From Phoronis australis (Eukaryota; Animalia; Phoronida), in contig NMRA01000234.1 in NCBI GenBank assembly GCA_002633005.1, positions 447,517-511,516 on the forward strand: 64,000 nucleotides of DNA, read 5' to 3'. Shown here piece by piece: positions 63,948-64,000 of this stretch; position 1 is the stretch's first letter; each line of letters begins with the position of its first letter. The position numbers and the translations under genes were made by a program. The notes below the pieces were generated by a model, which worked only from the letters and a program-made list of their open reading frames with translations, did no database searches and was not told the origin of the DNA.

Positions 63948-64000
63948 GTAAGTAGTCAGTTCAGGAAGAACGACTTTCTTAATAATTTTTTTTTTTTTTT

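Overview
Intron-rich animal (invertebrate-type) genomic DNA with four assembly gaps (1370-2008, 13432-13552, 34945-35296, 59823). Four host genes were built by hand from splice signals: a 2-exon GT10 alpha-1,3-fucosyltransferase (+, 4208-11896), a 7-exon NUDT6-like Nudix hydrolase (-, 27242-16166), MTRFR/C12orf65 (-, ~32125-29375) and a multi-exon MPHOSPH9-like gene (+, 43901 to beyond the window end), divergent from MTRFR as in human. The rest is rich in transposons: five TTAA-associated Kolobok-like pieces from two families (THAP remnants, plus convergent KolX/P2X7-ballast-like remnants in two of them), a decayed Gypsy element with integrase upstream of RT (Gmr1-like order), a Merlin element with ~385-bp TIRs holding nested insertions, a pogo-like element, MITEs and minisatellites. 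The most unusual objects are two fold-back elements made of back-to-back tRNA-derived units, one carrying a Penelope-type hammerhead ribozyme core. All family assignments come from motif recognition; no database search was run.
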